A DNA stretch of 58,982 nt from Oscillospiraceae bacterium (GTDB taxonomy: Bacteria > Bacillota > Clostridia > Oscillospirales > Ruminococcaceae): contig SVNB01000001.1 in NCBI GenBank assembly GCA_015067125.1, positions 1 to 58,982 on the forward strand, written 5' to 3'. Numbering within the stretch: position 1 is the stretch's first letter; the number at the start of each line of letters is the position of its first letter. Of this stretch, positions 25,469 to 33,580 are shown in pieces. The position numbers and the translations under genes were made by a program. The notes beneath the pieces are model-generated. The model had not been told where the DNA came from and ran no database searches. It saw only the letters and a program-made list of their open reading frames with translations.

Positions 25469-25936
25469 TTATTTTCTCTGTTCTTTCAAATGCCGCTCAA
25501 TATCCCTCTGCATATCGCGCTTTGCGGCATCATCACGCTTATCATAAAGCTTTTTTCCCCGGCAAAGGCCAACAGCAACCTTAACTCTTGAACCGCTGAA
25601 ATAAAGTTCCAGCGGAACAAGCGTCATTCCCTGCTGCTGTATCGCCGCGTTAAGCTTCATAATTTCGCGCTTGTGCATCAAAAGCCGGCGAACCCGAAGA
25701 GGATCACGGTTAAAAATATTGCCTTTTTCATAGGGACTGATGTGCATTCCGTTTACAAAAATCTCGCCGTTTTTAATATCGCACCAGCTGTCCTTAAGGT
25801 TAACCTGCCCTGCACGAATACTTTTTACTTCCGTACCGAAAAGTTCTATTCCGGCTTCATATTTATCGTCCACAAAATAATCATGAAAAGCCTTTTTGTT
25901 GTTCGCAATGCTTTTTCTCGATTCTTTTTTATCCAT
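25469..25936 (-). CDS. smpB: SsrA-binding protein SmpB
   Basis: AAGGAGG RBS before the ATG at 25936. [10 protein letters not shown]..., [18 protein letters not shown] are hallmark SmpB segments. Confidence 0.95.
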   Translation of the reverse strand: MDKKESRKSIANNKKAFHDYFVDDKYEAGIELFGTEVKSIRAGQVNLKDSWCDIKNGEIFVNGMHISPYEKGNIFNRDPLRVRRLLMHKREIMKLNAAIQQQGMTLVPLELYFSGSRVKVAVGLCRGKKLYDKRDDAAKRDMQRDIERHLKEQRK

Positions 25937-25961
25937 CTTCCGTTTCGCCTCCTTTCCAATA

Positions 25962-26215
25962 AAAGCTCCCCAGAGTAGGAGCTGTCTGCGCAGCAGACTG
26001 AAGAGGGATATCCCTGACAAAATCAGATAAGCCCTCCGTGTTCTTTGTTATCCCTCATCCGTCTTTTCGGCCTTTGGCCGAAAATCCACCTGTACTCTTG
26101 CGGTGCCCAAAATATTCTGCGGCATATGCCTTGAATATTTTGACCGCGGCGCCAAACCCTGCTCGCTGTTTCGCCCACTGGGCGCGCTTCGCAGGCTTTG
26201 CTCTCTGGGAAGGCT
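25962..26215 (-). other. Unassigned, highly structured intergenic region (candidate ncRNA or leader) ending in a terminator-like hairpin just before the smpB RBS
   Basis: No credible ORF. Several strong local hairpins on the minus strand: CAAAATATTC..GGCATATGCC..GAATATTTTG, TTTCGGCC-AAA-GGCCGAAA, the AGGGATATCCCT palindrome and GTCTGC-TGC-GCAGAC. The 5' TTCCCAGAG can pair with the 3' CTCTGGGGA. The final hairpin AGCTCC-TACTCTG-GGAGCT is followed by TTTT. Confidence 0.3.
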
Positions 26216-26218
26216 GTT

Positions 26219-26818
26219 TTACATTCTGCTGCGTCCTTCAATGGCTCTGTAAAGGGTCACTTCGTCCGCGTATTCAAGGTTTCCGCCAACGGGAATTCCA
26301 TACGCAAGGCGCGAAACTATAACGCCCAGCGGTTTAAGAAGGCGCGAAATATACATCGCGGTGGCTTCGCCTTCCACCGTCGGGTTTGTGGCCATAATAA
26401 CCTCTTTAACCTCGCCGTCTTCAAGCCGTGCCAAAAGTTCCTTAATAAAAAGACTTTCCGGTCCCACTCCGTCCATAGGAGAAATCAGTCCGCCCAGAAC
26501 GTGATAAAGCCCGTCGTATTCCTTGGTGCGCTCGATGGCAATAACGTCCCTTGGGTCCTCAACAACACAGATGGTGCTTCTGTCCCTGGTTTCATCGCAG
26601 CAGATTGCGCATCTGGGTGCGTCGGTTATGTTTTTGCAAACTTCGCAGTAACCGATTTTTTCCCTTGCTTCAAGAATCGAAGCCGCAAATTCCCTTGCTT
26701 CTTCCTCCGGCATGCGAAGAATATGAAAAGCAAGCCGCTGCGCGCTTTTTTTACCGATTCCCGGAAGACGGGCAAAATGCTCGGTCAGTTTTGTAAGCGG
26801 AAGTACCCGATAGTTCAT
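26219..26818 (-). CDS. recR: Recombination protein RecR
   Basis: [17 protein letters not shown] (HhH), Cys4 finger [16 protein letters not shown], Toprim [14 protein letters not shown]. Confidence 0.95.
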   Translation of the reverse strand: MNYRVLPLTKLTEHFARLPGIGKKSAQRLAFHILRMPEEEAREFAASILEAREKIGYCEVCKNITDAPRCAICCDETRDRSTICVVEDPRDVIAIERTKEYDGLYHVLGGLISPMDGVGPESLFIKELLARLEDGEVKEVIMATNPTVEGEATAMYISRLLKPLGVIVSRLAYGIPVGGNLEYADEVTLYRAIEGRSRM

Positions 26819-26835
26819 TATAAACCTCTAAAAAA

Positions 26836-27183
26836 TCAGAACATTCCGGGAATATTAAGGCTTCCGGTAATGGCGTTCATTGCTTCTGCGTTGGTTTTTT
26901 CGATGGTGGAAACAGCTTCGTTAACGCCGGCAACAATAAGGTCCTGCAGCATTTCTATATCGTCCGGATCAACAACTTCCGGTTTGATTTCGATTCCGGT
27001 CATTTCTTTTTTGCCGTTCATGTGAATGGTAAGCATTCCGCCGCCAACGGTAAAATCATATTCCTTTGCGTCAAGCTCTTCCTGAAGAGAAGCCATCTGC
27101 TCCTGCATTTTCTGTGCCTGTTTAATCATGCCCTGCATGTTGGAAGGGCCGCCGCCGTATCCCTGGGGAAGTCTTGCTTTCAT
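26836..27183 (-). CDS. ybaB: YbaB/EbfC-family nucleoid-associated protein
   Basis: GGAGGA RBS before the ATG at 27183. MQGMIKQAQKMQEQMASLQEEL... is typical of the family. Canonical position between dnaX and recR. Confidence 0.9.
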   Translation of the reverse strand: MKARLPQGYGGGPSNMQGMIKQAQKMQEQMASLQEELDAKEYDFTVGGGMLTIHMNGKKEMTGIEIKPEVVDPDDIEMLQDLIVAGVNEAVSTIEKTNAEAMNAITGSLNIPGMF

Positions 27184-27223
27184 ATTATATTCCTCCGATT
27201 CTGGAAAATTTTGTCTTTTTATA

Positions 27224-28807
27224 TCAAAGCTCGCCAATGCCAAGATCCTGCGCCTTTTTCATAAGTGCCGCAAGAGGGTCATCTTCGGGCTTTTTTTCTG
27301 TTTTTTTATAAGGTCCGATTCCATAGCGCGTTCCGCAGACTTCGGTAATTGCGTTTTTGATTACTTCTCTGGAATCATCGTTTTTCTGCATATAGTCAAT
27401 AAAAAAGCTGTTGGGAGAATCTATCAGCACCCTTTTGCCGCAAAGATAAGCTTTGGAACCGCTAAGCAGAGAAAAAAGCATTCCGTTCTTTTTGCGGATT
27501 ATCTCGATAACATCTTCCCATTGAGAAAATTCGCTCTCTCCGGCCGGTACTTCCGGTACAAAAGCCGCTTTTGCCGGTTCTTCGTAAACGGCTTTTTGTT
27601 CCGTAGCTTCCGCTTCGGTTTCTTCCGGCATTACCTGCGCCGGCGCAAAGCCTTTGGCCTTTAAAAAAGCCAGTTCCCTTTCAAGCTTTTCTATTCTTGC
27701 AAGCAAAGCTTCCGTTCCGTCAGAAAGTTCCGGAGAACAAAGCTTTACCAGCGCAAGCTCAAATTCCAGCCGTTTGGAAGCGCTTTTGGACATCTTTACA
27801 AGGGTATCCTGCAAAACAGAAACGGCATAAAAAATTTCTGATGCAGAAAAGGTTTTTGCCTGTTTTTCTATGCGGAGCATCTCTCCCGGCAAAACTTTAA
27901 GAATTGCGGAAGCTTCCTTTGTGCAGGCGGATATCATCAGATTGCGGAAGTGGTTTATAAGTTCATCGCAAATGCGCGAAACGTCCGCAGAACCTTCATA
28001 AAGCTTATCCACCGCCGCAAGCACCGCCGCAACGTCTTTTTCCGAGATTTTTTCGGTAAGCTCGAAAAGATATTCCCTGCCCGCAAGTCCCGCGCAGCGG
28101 CTTACCGTATCCGCGGTTATAACCTCGTCGGAAGAACGGCAGATATCCAGAAGAGAAAGAGCATCGCGCATACCGCCGTCCGCAAGCTTGCCTATAAGCA
28201 AAGCTCCCTCGTCTTCAATTTCAATGTGCTCCATTTTACAGACAAATTTAACCCGCTCGGCAATAACCTCCGGCGGCATTCTTCTGTAATCAAAACGCAT
28301 ACAGCGGGAAAGTATCGTCGCTGGCAGCCGGTGAACTTCCGTAGTCGCAAGAATAAATATAACGTGCTCCGGTGGTTCTTCCATAATTTTAAGCAAAGCG
28401 TTTGCCGCCTCTTTGGTCAGCATATGCGCTTCGTCAATAATATAAACGCGGTATTTTGCCACGGCCGGGGTAAAATTTGCTTCAGAACGCAAATCGCGGA
28501 TATCATCTATGTTTCTGTTGGAAGCGGCGTCCATTTCCGTAATATCCAGAAGAGAACCGTCATCAATGCCTTTGCAGATTTCGCATTCTCCGCAGGGTTC
28601 GCCGTCTTTTTCATTGGGGCAGTTTACTGCCTTTGCAAGGATCTTTGCGCAGGTGGTTTTACCTATGCCTCTGCTTCCGGTAAAAAGATATGCATGACCA
28701 AAGGTACCCTCGGCCACTTCTTTTGCAAGAACGGAGGTTATATGTTCCTGGCCTGCAACGTCCCTGAAAAATCTTGGACGATATTTGCGGTAAAGCGCCT
28801 GATACAT
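27224..28807 (-). CDS. dnaX: DNA polymerase III subunit gamma/tau
   Basis: MYQALYRKYRPRFFRDVAGQEHI, Walker A GSRGIGKTT, Zn module CGECEIC, IIDEAHML. Confidence 0.95.
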   Translation of the reverse strand: MYQALYRKYRPRFFRDVAGQEHITSVLAKEVAEGTFGHAYLFTGSRGIGKTTCAKILAKAVNCPNEKDGEPCGECEICKGIDDGSLLDITEMDAASNRNIDDIRDLRSEANFTPAVAKYRVYIIDEAHMLTKEAANALLKIMEEPPEHVIFILATTEVHRLPATILSRCMRFDYRRMPPEVIAERVKFVCKMEHIEIEDEGALLIGKLADGGMRDALSLLDICRSSDEVITADTVSRCAGLAGREYLFELTEKISEKDVAAVLAAVDKLYEGSADVSRICDELINHFRNLMISACTKEASAILKVLPGEMLRIEKQAKTFSASEIFYAVSVLQDTLVKMSKSASKRLEFELALVKLCSPELSDGTEALLARIEKLERELAFLKAKGFAPAQVMPEETEAEATEQKAVYEEPAKAAFVPEVPAGESEFSQWEDVIEIIRKKNGMLFSLLSGSKAYLCGKRVLIDSPNSFFIDYMQKNDDSREVIKNAITEVCGTRYGIGPYKKTEKKPEDDPLAALMKKAQDLGIGEL

Positions 28808-28860
28808 AATAATTTCCTCCTTTCAAAACGCCTTTTTTACTAAACGGCACAAATAAAAAA

Positions 28861-29010
28861 CGCGGATGTGCACTTTATCATACGGCATACAGATTTGTCT
28901 GCGGCACCCAAAAAGACCGCTTAATGCTGCTCGGTTCCCCGCCTGACATGGTTCACAGTTTTTTGTCGCACAGGACCCGTATACCGCATGGCAAAGCGCA
29001 TATCCGCGCC
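28861..29010 (-). ncRNA. ffs: Signal recognition particle RNA (short form, about 150 nt)
   Basis: Minus strand contains CTGTGAACCATGTCAGGCGGGGAACCGAGCAGCATTAAGCGG, a domain IV GUCAGG...AGCAGC core. The ends form a 13-bp closing helix (CGCGGATATGCGC with GTGCACATCCGCG, one mismatch) followed by TTTTTT. It sits directly upstream of dnaX, as ffs does in other Bacillota. Confidence 0.85.
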
Positions 29011-29040
29011 GTCATCTTGTTTTTTTACCTGCTGAATAAA

Positions 29041-29253
29041 TTATTCCGCAATTTCCTCTGCGGGAACTTCTTCGCATTCGCAATCGCAGCAGCATTCCTC
29101 TTCCGGGAACTCATCAAAAACATCATCGCAGCAATCGCAGCAGCAATCATCACAGCAGCAATTTTTCTTCATAACAAAATACATTGCAGCAGCACCTGCG
29201 GCAAGAAGAGCAAGACCGCCAACAACAATTCCGATAATAGTACCGAATTTCAT
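29041..29253 (-). CDS. 70-aa single-pass membrane protein with an extremely Cys/Asp/Glu-rich tail
   Basis: AAAGGTGG RBS before ATG 29253 (MKFGTIIGIVVGGLALLAAGAAAMYFVMKK). Tail is NCCCDDCCCDCCDDVFDEFPEEECCCDCECEEVPAEEIAE (13 Cys). The ORF track extends it to 29373 (110 aa) through a K-rich segment. Confidence 0.55.
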   Translation of the reverse strand: MKFGTIIGIVVGGLALLAAGAAAMYFVMKKNCCCDDCCCDCCDDVFDEFPEEECCCDCECEEVPAEEIAE

Positions 29254-29455
29254 AGATTTACCACCTTTCAATATTGCTTTTGTTTTCTTTTTTATTTTAA
29301 GCTTTTTTGCTTCAAATTTATCATAAGCATCAACGATGGTCCTCATTGCGTTTATAACTTCAACAGCTTTCATCGAAGGCGCCTTCTTTCACATATTAAA
29401 CAGTATAATAAATAATAACATAAATTTTCCTTTTCGGCAAGTGCCTTATCAATAA

Positions 29456-31048
29456 TTAATTATAATTTAACAAATCTATTCCGCTGCAGATATCCCTGAA
29501 AATCGGTGCGGCAAAATCTCCGCCGGAATCCATTCCCTCCGCAAACACAGCAATGGCATATTTGGGTTCCTCTGCCGGGTAAAAACCCACAAACCACGCA
29601 TGAATAATTTCTTCTCCCTCGCTGTTATATTGTCCCGTCTGGGCAGAAGCGGTTTTTCCTCCGGCAGAACCGTTTTTTGGTTTCGCGTTTTCTCCGCTGC
29701 CGTTTTCCACAACGTTTATCATCATATTTTTAATAGTTTCTGCCGTTTTTTCGCTCATCGCCGGGTTTTTCGCATAATCCGGCGTTTCTTCAAAAACGCC
29801 TTTTTTATCATAAGTTCCAAGCACAAGCTTTGGCACCACGGCTTTTCCTCCGTTTGCTATGGCAGAAGCCAAAGCCGCCATCTGCACCGGCGTTGCCAAA
29901 AGACTTCCCTGTCCGAACGCAAAACTTGCCAGTACCGTTTTTGCATAAAGTTCCCCGGAAGAAGGCAGATTGCCCGCTCCGGAAAAAAAAACTTCTCCAA
30001 AATCCGCCGGAACCCCAAACCCAAGGTTCTTTGCCATTTCCAAAATCCGTTCTCCGCCAACTTCCAGCGCAAGGTCAATAAAATACGGATTGCACGAAAT
30101 TTCAAGCGCTTTTTCCATATTTATCTCTCCGTGACCCGGTTCCCAGTGGCATTTATAAACTCTTTCGTCCACAGCTATGCTGCCGCTGCATTCAAAAGTT
30201 CTTTCCGGAGATATGCCCGCTTCCAAAGCTGCCGCCGCCACAACCAGCTTCCAGGTGGAACCCACGCTGTAAGCGGTAAACGCCCTGTTGATAAACGGCG
30301 AATTTTCATCTTCAAGATATGCCGCAATATCCGCCGGTTCAAAATCCGGTGCGGAAACCGAAGCCAGGATCTCTCCGCTTTCAATATCCATAACCACCGC
30401 CGCGCCTTTTTCCGTTCCGGCCGCAAGGGAATTTTCCGTAATTTTCTGAATATCGTAATCAAGCGTCAGCACCACTCCGCAGTTTTCAGAAACCTCTTCC
30501 TCTTCAAGCAAAATCTCTTCTCCCAAAAGAAGCCTTCCTGTTCCGTCAGTGTAATAGCTGGCTTTAACGGATTTCGTGTTTTCCTCAAAAAAATCGTTAT
30601 AGGCCTTTTCAATTCCGGCCGCGCCCTTTTGGCCGTTCATATATCCCACTATATGCGGTGCGGCAACGCTTTCGCCGTATCTTCCGGCAAAAGAAAAATT
30701 ATAAATCCCCTCGCCTTCAATTATTTTTCCGCCAAGATCCATAACCGTCGGCTCAAGCTTTAAAAAAGCCTCCGCAAGCTCGTCCCTTCCGCTGAACTTT
30801 GCTATAACAGAAGTTTCAAGCATATCCGGAAAAATCAAAATCCGTCTTTCCCTGCTTTTATTAACAAACGGATAAAGGTTTCTGTCAAAAATTCCGGCAC
30901 GGCTTTCTGCAAGGGTAATAACCCTTCTGCTTTGCATGGCGGCGGCTTCTTTTGCTATGCCGCCGGTGCTGATATACATTATTCTTAAAGTCACCGCACC
31001 CATAAAACAAAGCATAACACAGAAAAAACTTATTATTCTTTTTGCCAC
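29456..31048 (-). CDS. Class B penicillin-binding protein (FtsI/SpoVD-like transpeptidase)
   Basis: GTG start with AAAGGGG RBS. Signal anchor, SxxK (STWK), SxN (SCN), KTG-like (GKTAS). Confidence 0.85.
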   Translation of the reverse strand: MAKRIISFFCVMLCFMGAVTLRIMYISTGGIAKEAAAMQSRRVITLAESRAGIFDRNLYPFVNKSRERRILIFPDMLETSVIAKFSGRDELAEAFLKLEPTVMDLGGKIIEGEGIYNFSFAGRYGESVAAPHIVGYMNGQKGAAGIEKAYNDFFEENTKSVKASYYTDGTGRLLLGEEILLEEEEVSENCGVVLTLDYDIQKITENSLAAGTEKGAAVVMDIESGEILASVSAPDFEPADIAAYLEDENSPFINRAFTAYSVGSTWKLVVAAAALEAGISPERTFECSGSIAVDERVYKCHWEPGHGEINMEKALEISCNPYFIDLALEVGGERILEMAKNLGFGVPADFGEVFFSGAGNLPSSGELYAKTVLASFAFGQGSLLATPVQMAALASAIANGGKAVVPKLVLGTYDKKGVFEETPDYAKNPAMSEKTAETIKNMMINVVENGSGENAKPKNGSAGGKTASAQTGQYNSEGEEIIHAWFVGFYPAEEPKYAIAVFAEGMDSGGDFAAPIFRDICSGIDLLNYN

Positions 31049-31127
31049 AGCACCGCCCCTTTTTGTTTTTTATAAAAAGTCTTCCCAAAAACAAAAATAA
31101 ATAATCAAAAAAATTTTAAAAAAGTTC

Positions 31128-31156
31128 TTGACATTGCCCAAACGTTCTGATATAAT
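31128..31156 (+). promoter_or_regulatory. Consensus sigma-70 promoter of tRNA-Leu
   Basis: TTGACA (31128-31133), 17-nt spacer, TATAAT (31151-31156), about 20 nt before the tRNA 5' end. Confidence 0.75.
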
Positions 31157-31176
31157 AACTCTTGCATTTGAGAAAT

Positions 31177-31260
31177 GCGGTAGTGCTGGAATAGGCAGAC
31201 AGGCACGTTTGAGGGGCGTGTGTCTTTGACGTATGGGTTCAAGTCCCATTTACCGCACCA
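31177..31260 (+). tRNA. tRNA-Leu (anticodon GAG), class II with long variable arm, encoded CCA
   Basis: Acceptor GCGGTAG/TTACCGC. Anticodon stem CACGT/GCGTG with loop TTGAGGG (GAG at positions 34-36). Long variable arm. T-arm GGGTTCAAGTCCC. 3' ACCA. Confidence 0.85.
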
Positions 31261-31261
31261 A
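31238..31261 (+). repeat. attL core (tRNA-Leu 3' end)
   Basis: Identical 24-mer to 37123-37146. Confidence 0.85.
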
Positions 31262-31262
31262 G

Positions 31263-31316
31263 ATTAAGGACTGATAAGCGGCTTAAATAAGCCGTTTGTT
31301 AGTCCTTAATTTTTTA
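31263..31316 (+). terminator. Long hairpin terminator supplied by the island for tRNA-Leu
   Basis: ATTAAGGACT...AGTCCTTAAT outer stem with inner AAGCGGCTTA/TAAGCCGTTT pairing, followed by TTTTTT. Confidence 0.65.
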
Positions 31317-31329
31317 TATAATTTTGTTT

Positions 31330-31356
31330 TTGCTAACAAATTGCTAACAAATATCT
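31330..31356 (+). repeat. Two tandem TTGCTAACAAA motifs (candidate integrase arm-type sites, attL side)
   Basis: TTGCTAACAAATTGCTAACAAATATCT. The same GCTAACAA...GCTAACAAATATCT block recurs at 36985-37027 in the same orientation. Confidence 0.5.
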
Positions 31357-31525
31357 TAGATGGTGCATTTTCGTTTTCATTTTTATAAGATTTTTATAAT
31401 TTTTTAACAAAAACACTTGACAAGTATGATATAATTAAGGTGCTAAAAAATTAATTGTTGCGTATAATAAAATAGGTGTGTTAATTAAAGGGTTGTGGAA
31501 ATACATTGAAAAGGAGTGTTTTATT

Positions 31526-31696
31526 ATGGCAACAAGTAGCATCACAAAGCAAATCGTTATTTCCAAAAAACACAAAGCACAAAAATTTGTTGACGCTCTG
31601 ACAAAGGCTCAATATCGCAAAGTAAAAGAAGTTACATTAAAAAAACCTTGTAATGATATTAAAGCTGAAGATATTGAAAAGTTTTTTGGAGCATAA
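31526..31696 (+). CDS. 56-aa lysine-rich protein, candidate antitoxin/partner of the downstream GNAT-like protein
   Basis: AAGGAG RBS 8 nt before ATG 31526. The stop lies 2 nt before the next start codon. MATSSITKQIVISKKHKAQKFVDALTKAQYRKVKEV... I do not recognise a family. Confidence 0.55.
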   Translation: MATSSITKQIVISKKHKAQKFVDALTKAQYRKVKEVTLKKPCNDIKAEDIEKFFGA

Positions 31697-31698
31697 TT

Positions 31699-32304
31699 AT
31701 GACAGAATATAGCCAAATTAAATTAATCGATCTATTAGAAAAGAAGGGAGAACCTTTTGTAAAGGAAATGCTCTCTTCTTTTTCTTGTCCTCTAAATCAA
31801 GATATAGAAGATTATTTACGTAGAAAAGCAGTTATTATGGCGCAAAAAAATATTTCTCCTACATATCTTATCTTTACAACGCAGTTAGGAAAACCAGTAT
31901 TAATAGGATACTACACCATTGCCTTAAAAACATTAACTATCCGCTGTGGAAAAATCACAAGGCGGCAAAGAGATAAAATAAAACGTTTCGGATCATATGA
32001 TGAAAATCAAAACGCTTATCAAATCCCTGCTTACCTTATCGCACAACTTGGTAAAAATTTTTCAAATGGCTATAACAAACTCATTACTGGTGATGAACTT
32101 TTAAAAATGGCCTGTGATAGGGTTAAAGAGAGCCAAAATCTTGTCGGTGGAAAAGTTGTTTACCTTGAATGTGAGGACAAGCCCCGACTTATTACTTTTT
32201 ATAGACGCAACGGATTTACCGAATTTGATAAAAGAGAAATAGAAGAAAAAGAAAAACGTATTTTCAAATCTGATTATCTTATACAAATGTTGAAACTTTT
32301 GTAA
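31699..32304 (+). CDS. GNAT-fold protein resembling TacT/AtaT/KacT-type acetyltransferase toxins
   Basis: N-terminal F-x-C-x...DIEDYLRRKA, TYLIF...VLIGYYTIAL, IPAYLIAQLGKN and C-terminal VYLECEDKPRLITFYRRNGFTEF match, by eye, the layout of GNAT toxins (F-x-C-G..L..FL...A; TYV; GyytLs; PA.LLgRLAVd; FY...GF). Confidence 0.55.
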   Translation: MTEYSQIKLIDLLEKKGEPFVKEMLSSFSCPLNQDIEDYLRRKAVIMAQKNISPTYLIFTTQLGKPVLIGYYTIALKTLTIRCGKITRRQRDKIKRFGSYDENQNAYQIPAYLIAQLGKNFSNGYNKLITGDELLKMACDRVKESQNLVGGKVVYLECEDKPRLITFYRRNGFTEFDKREIEEKEKRIFKSDYLIQMLKLL

Positions 32305-32321
32305 TTCTATATTATATAAAA

Positions 32322-32342
32322 AGCGCCGGGTTTTCCGGCGCT
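32322..32342. terminator. Bidirectional terminator between the GNAT-like gene and the integrase gene
   Basis: AGCGCCGG-GTTTT-CCGGCGCT with an A-run before and a T-run after. Confidence 0.7.
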
Positions 32343-32347
32343 CTTTT

Positions 32348-33568
32348 TTATGCCCTTTTTGCGGTTGCAATATCAATTCCTATAACGTCAGAAAGCGCCT
32401 GAGCGGCTCTTGCTTGCTGTTCTGCTATGGAATGGGCGTATATATCCATTGTGGTGTTTATGTTGCTGTGTCCGAGGGAAGAAGAAACGGTTTTTATATC
32501 CGTACCGTTTGCAATAAGCTGTGTAGCGTTAAAATGTCTGAAGCTGTGGAATTTTATATACCTAAATCCAGTACGTTTGCAGAAACGAATCCACCAGTTT
32601 TCTATATTATTGGGGTTTTCCGGGAATCCCTCTTTATTTATAAAAAGCCTGTCCCCTGCTTGCCAATGCGCACCCATCATAAAACGTGTTTCAATTAGCC
32701 AACGGTGATAATCTTTTAAAACTTGCATAACGTTATCAGCTACTTTTATGCAACGTTTTGATTTTTCGGTTTTCGGTTCGTCCGTGTATGTACCCCTCTT
32801 AGCCGTGTGTAGGCTCGTTCTGCTTATTGTTATAGTGTTGTTACGAAAATCTATGTCCGGCCACTCAAGCCCGTATATCTCGCCTCTGCGCATACCGCAG
32901 TATATCGCAAGTATAAAAACCATTCTACGGTTAAAGGGTTCATCCTGCAAAAGATCCAAAAGTTTTTGAACTTCCGCAAGGGAATAAACTTCAACTTCTT
33001 TGTTTTTCTTCGAGGGAAGTACAACGCCTTTACACGGGTTTGTATAAACAATCCCTTGCATTACTGCATATTTAAAAACAGAGCTGACATACGCAAAATA
33101 ATTATAAACGGTCTTTGCACTCAAATTTTTATGTTTTTTCTTTCCCGTTTTCGGGTCAATTTCTTTGCGTTTTGACATTCCGTCCTCGCAAAGATTATTT
33201 ATAAAACTTTGTATGTCCGTTGTTCTAATATCGCAAATCGGTTTATATCCAAAGGCTTTATTTGCTACCGGTTCATAACTTTTATATGTGTTAATAGTCC
33301 AGCTTTTAAGTCTTTTCGGCGCATAGTCAATAAAGTATTTTGCCGCAACCTCTTGAAACTTTGCACTGCTTGTGGCTGCGGTTCCGTTTATGCAGGCATC
33401 TTCAAACTTACGGGCGAACTCTTCTGCGGCTTTGTTATTCTGTTTTTCCGTCTTTGTGGGGTCATACTTAAAGCTTTTACTTTTCATTATTTGTTTACCC
33501 TCAAGGGTGCGACCTACGCACACCTGGATTCTATAACTCCCGCTCTTGTTCCTTGTTATAGATGCCAT
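32348..33568 (-). CDS. Tyrosine-type site-specific integrase
   Basis: N-terminal SAM-like/arm-binding region (SGSYRIQVCVGR...). C-terminal catalytic signature RRGEIYGLEW..., HSFRHFNAT, LGHSNINTTMDIYAH. Confidence 0.9.
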   Translation of the reverse strand: MASITRNKSGSYRIQVCVGRTLEGKQIMKSKSFKYDPTKTEKQNNKAAEEFARKFEDACINGTAATSSAKFQEVAAKYFIDYAPKRLKSWTINTYKSYEPVANKAFGYKPICDIRTTDIQSFINNLCEDGMSKRKEIDPKTGKKKHKNLSAKTVYNYFAYVSSVFKYAVMQGIVYTNPCKGVVLPSKKNKEVEVYSLAEVQKLLDLLQDEPFNRRMVFILAIYCGMRRGEIYGLEWPDIDFRNNTITISRTSLHTAKRGTYTDEPKTEKSKRCIKVADNVMQVLKDYHRWLIETRFMMGAHWQAGDRLFINKEGFPENPNNIENWWIRFCKRTGFRYIKFHSFRHFNATQLIANGTDIKTVSSSLGHSNINTTMDIYAHSIAEQQARAAQALSDVIGIDIATAKRA

Positions 33569-33580
33569 TTAAAAGCCTCC

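Noticed and set aside
26023-26322. ORFs 26023..26241 (-) and 26038..26322 (+) in or overlapping the recR-smpB spacer.
   Set aside because: No RBS. They overlap the recR 3' end and cut across strong hairpins. The region is treated as a structured non-coding candidate.
28861-29010. Whether the short (about 150 nt) SRP RNA lacking an Alu domain is anomalous for a Bacillota genome.
   Set aside because: The 233-nt gap leaves little room for a longer form, and the helix 5/8 core is intact. Without a covariance-model alignment I cannot say the short form is unusual in this lineage, so I do not raise it as a finding.
31418-31440. TTGACA followed by TATAAT just inside the island.
   Set aside because: The hexamers are only 7 nt apart, incompatible with sigma-70 spacing. 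Not called as a promoter.
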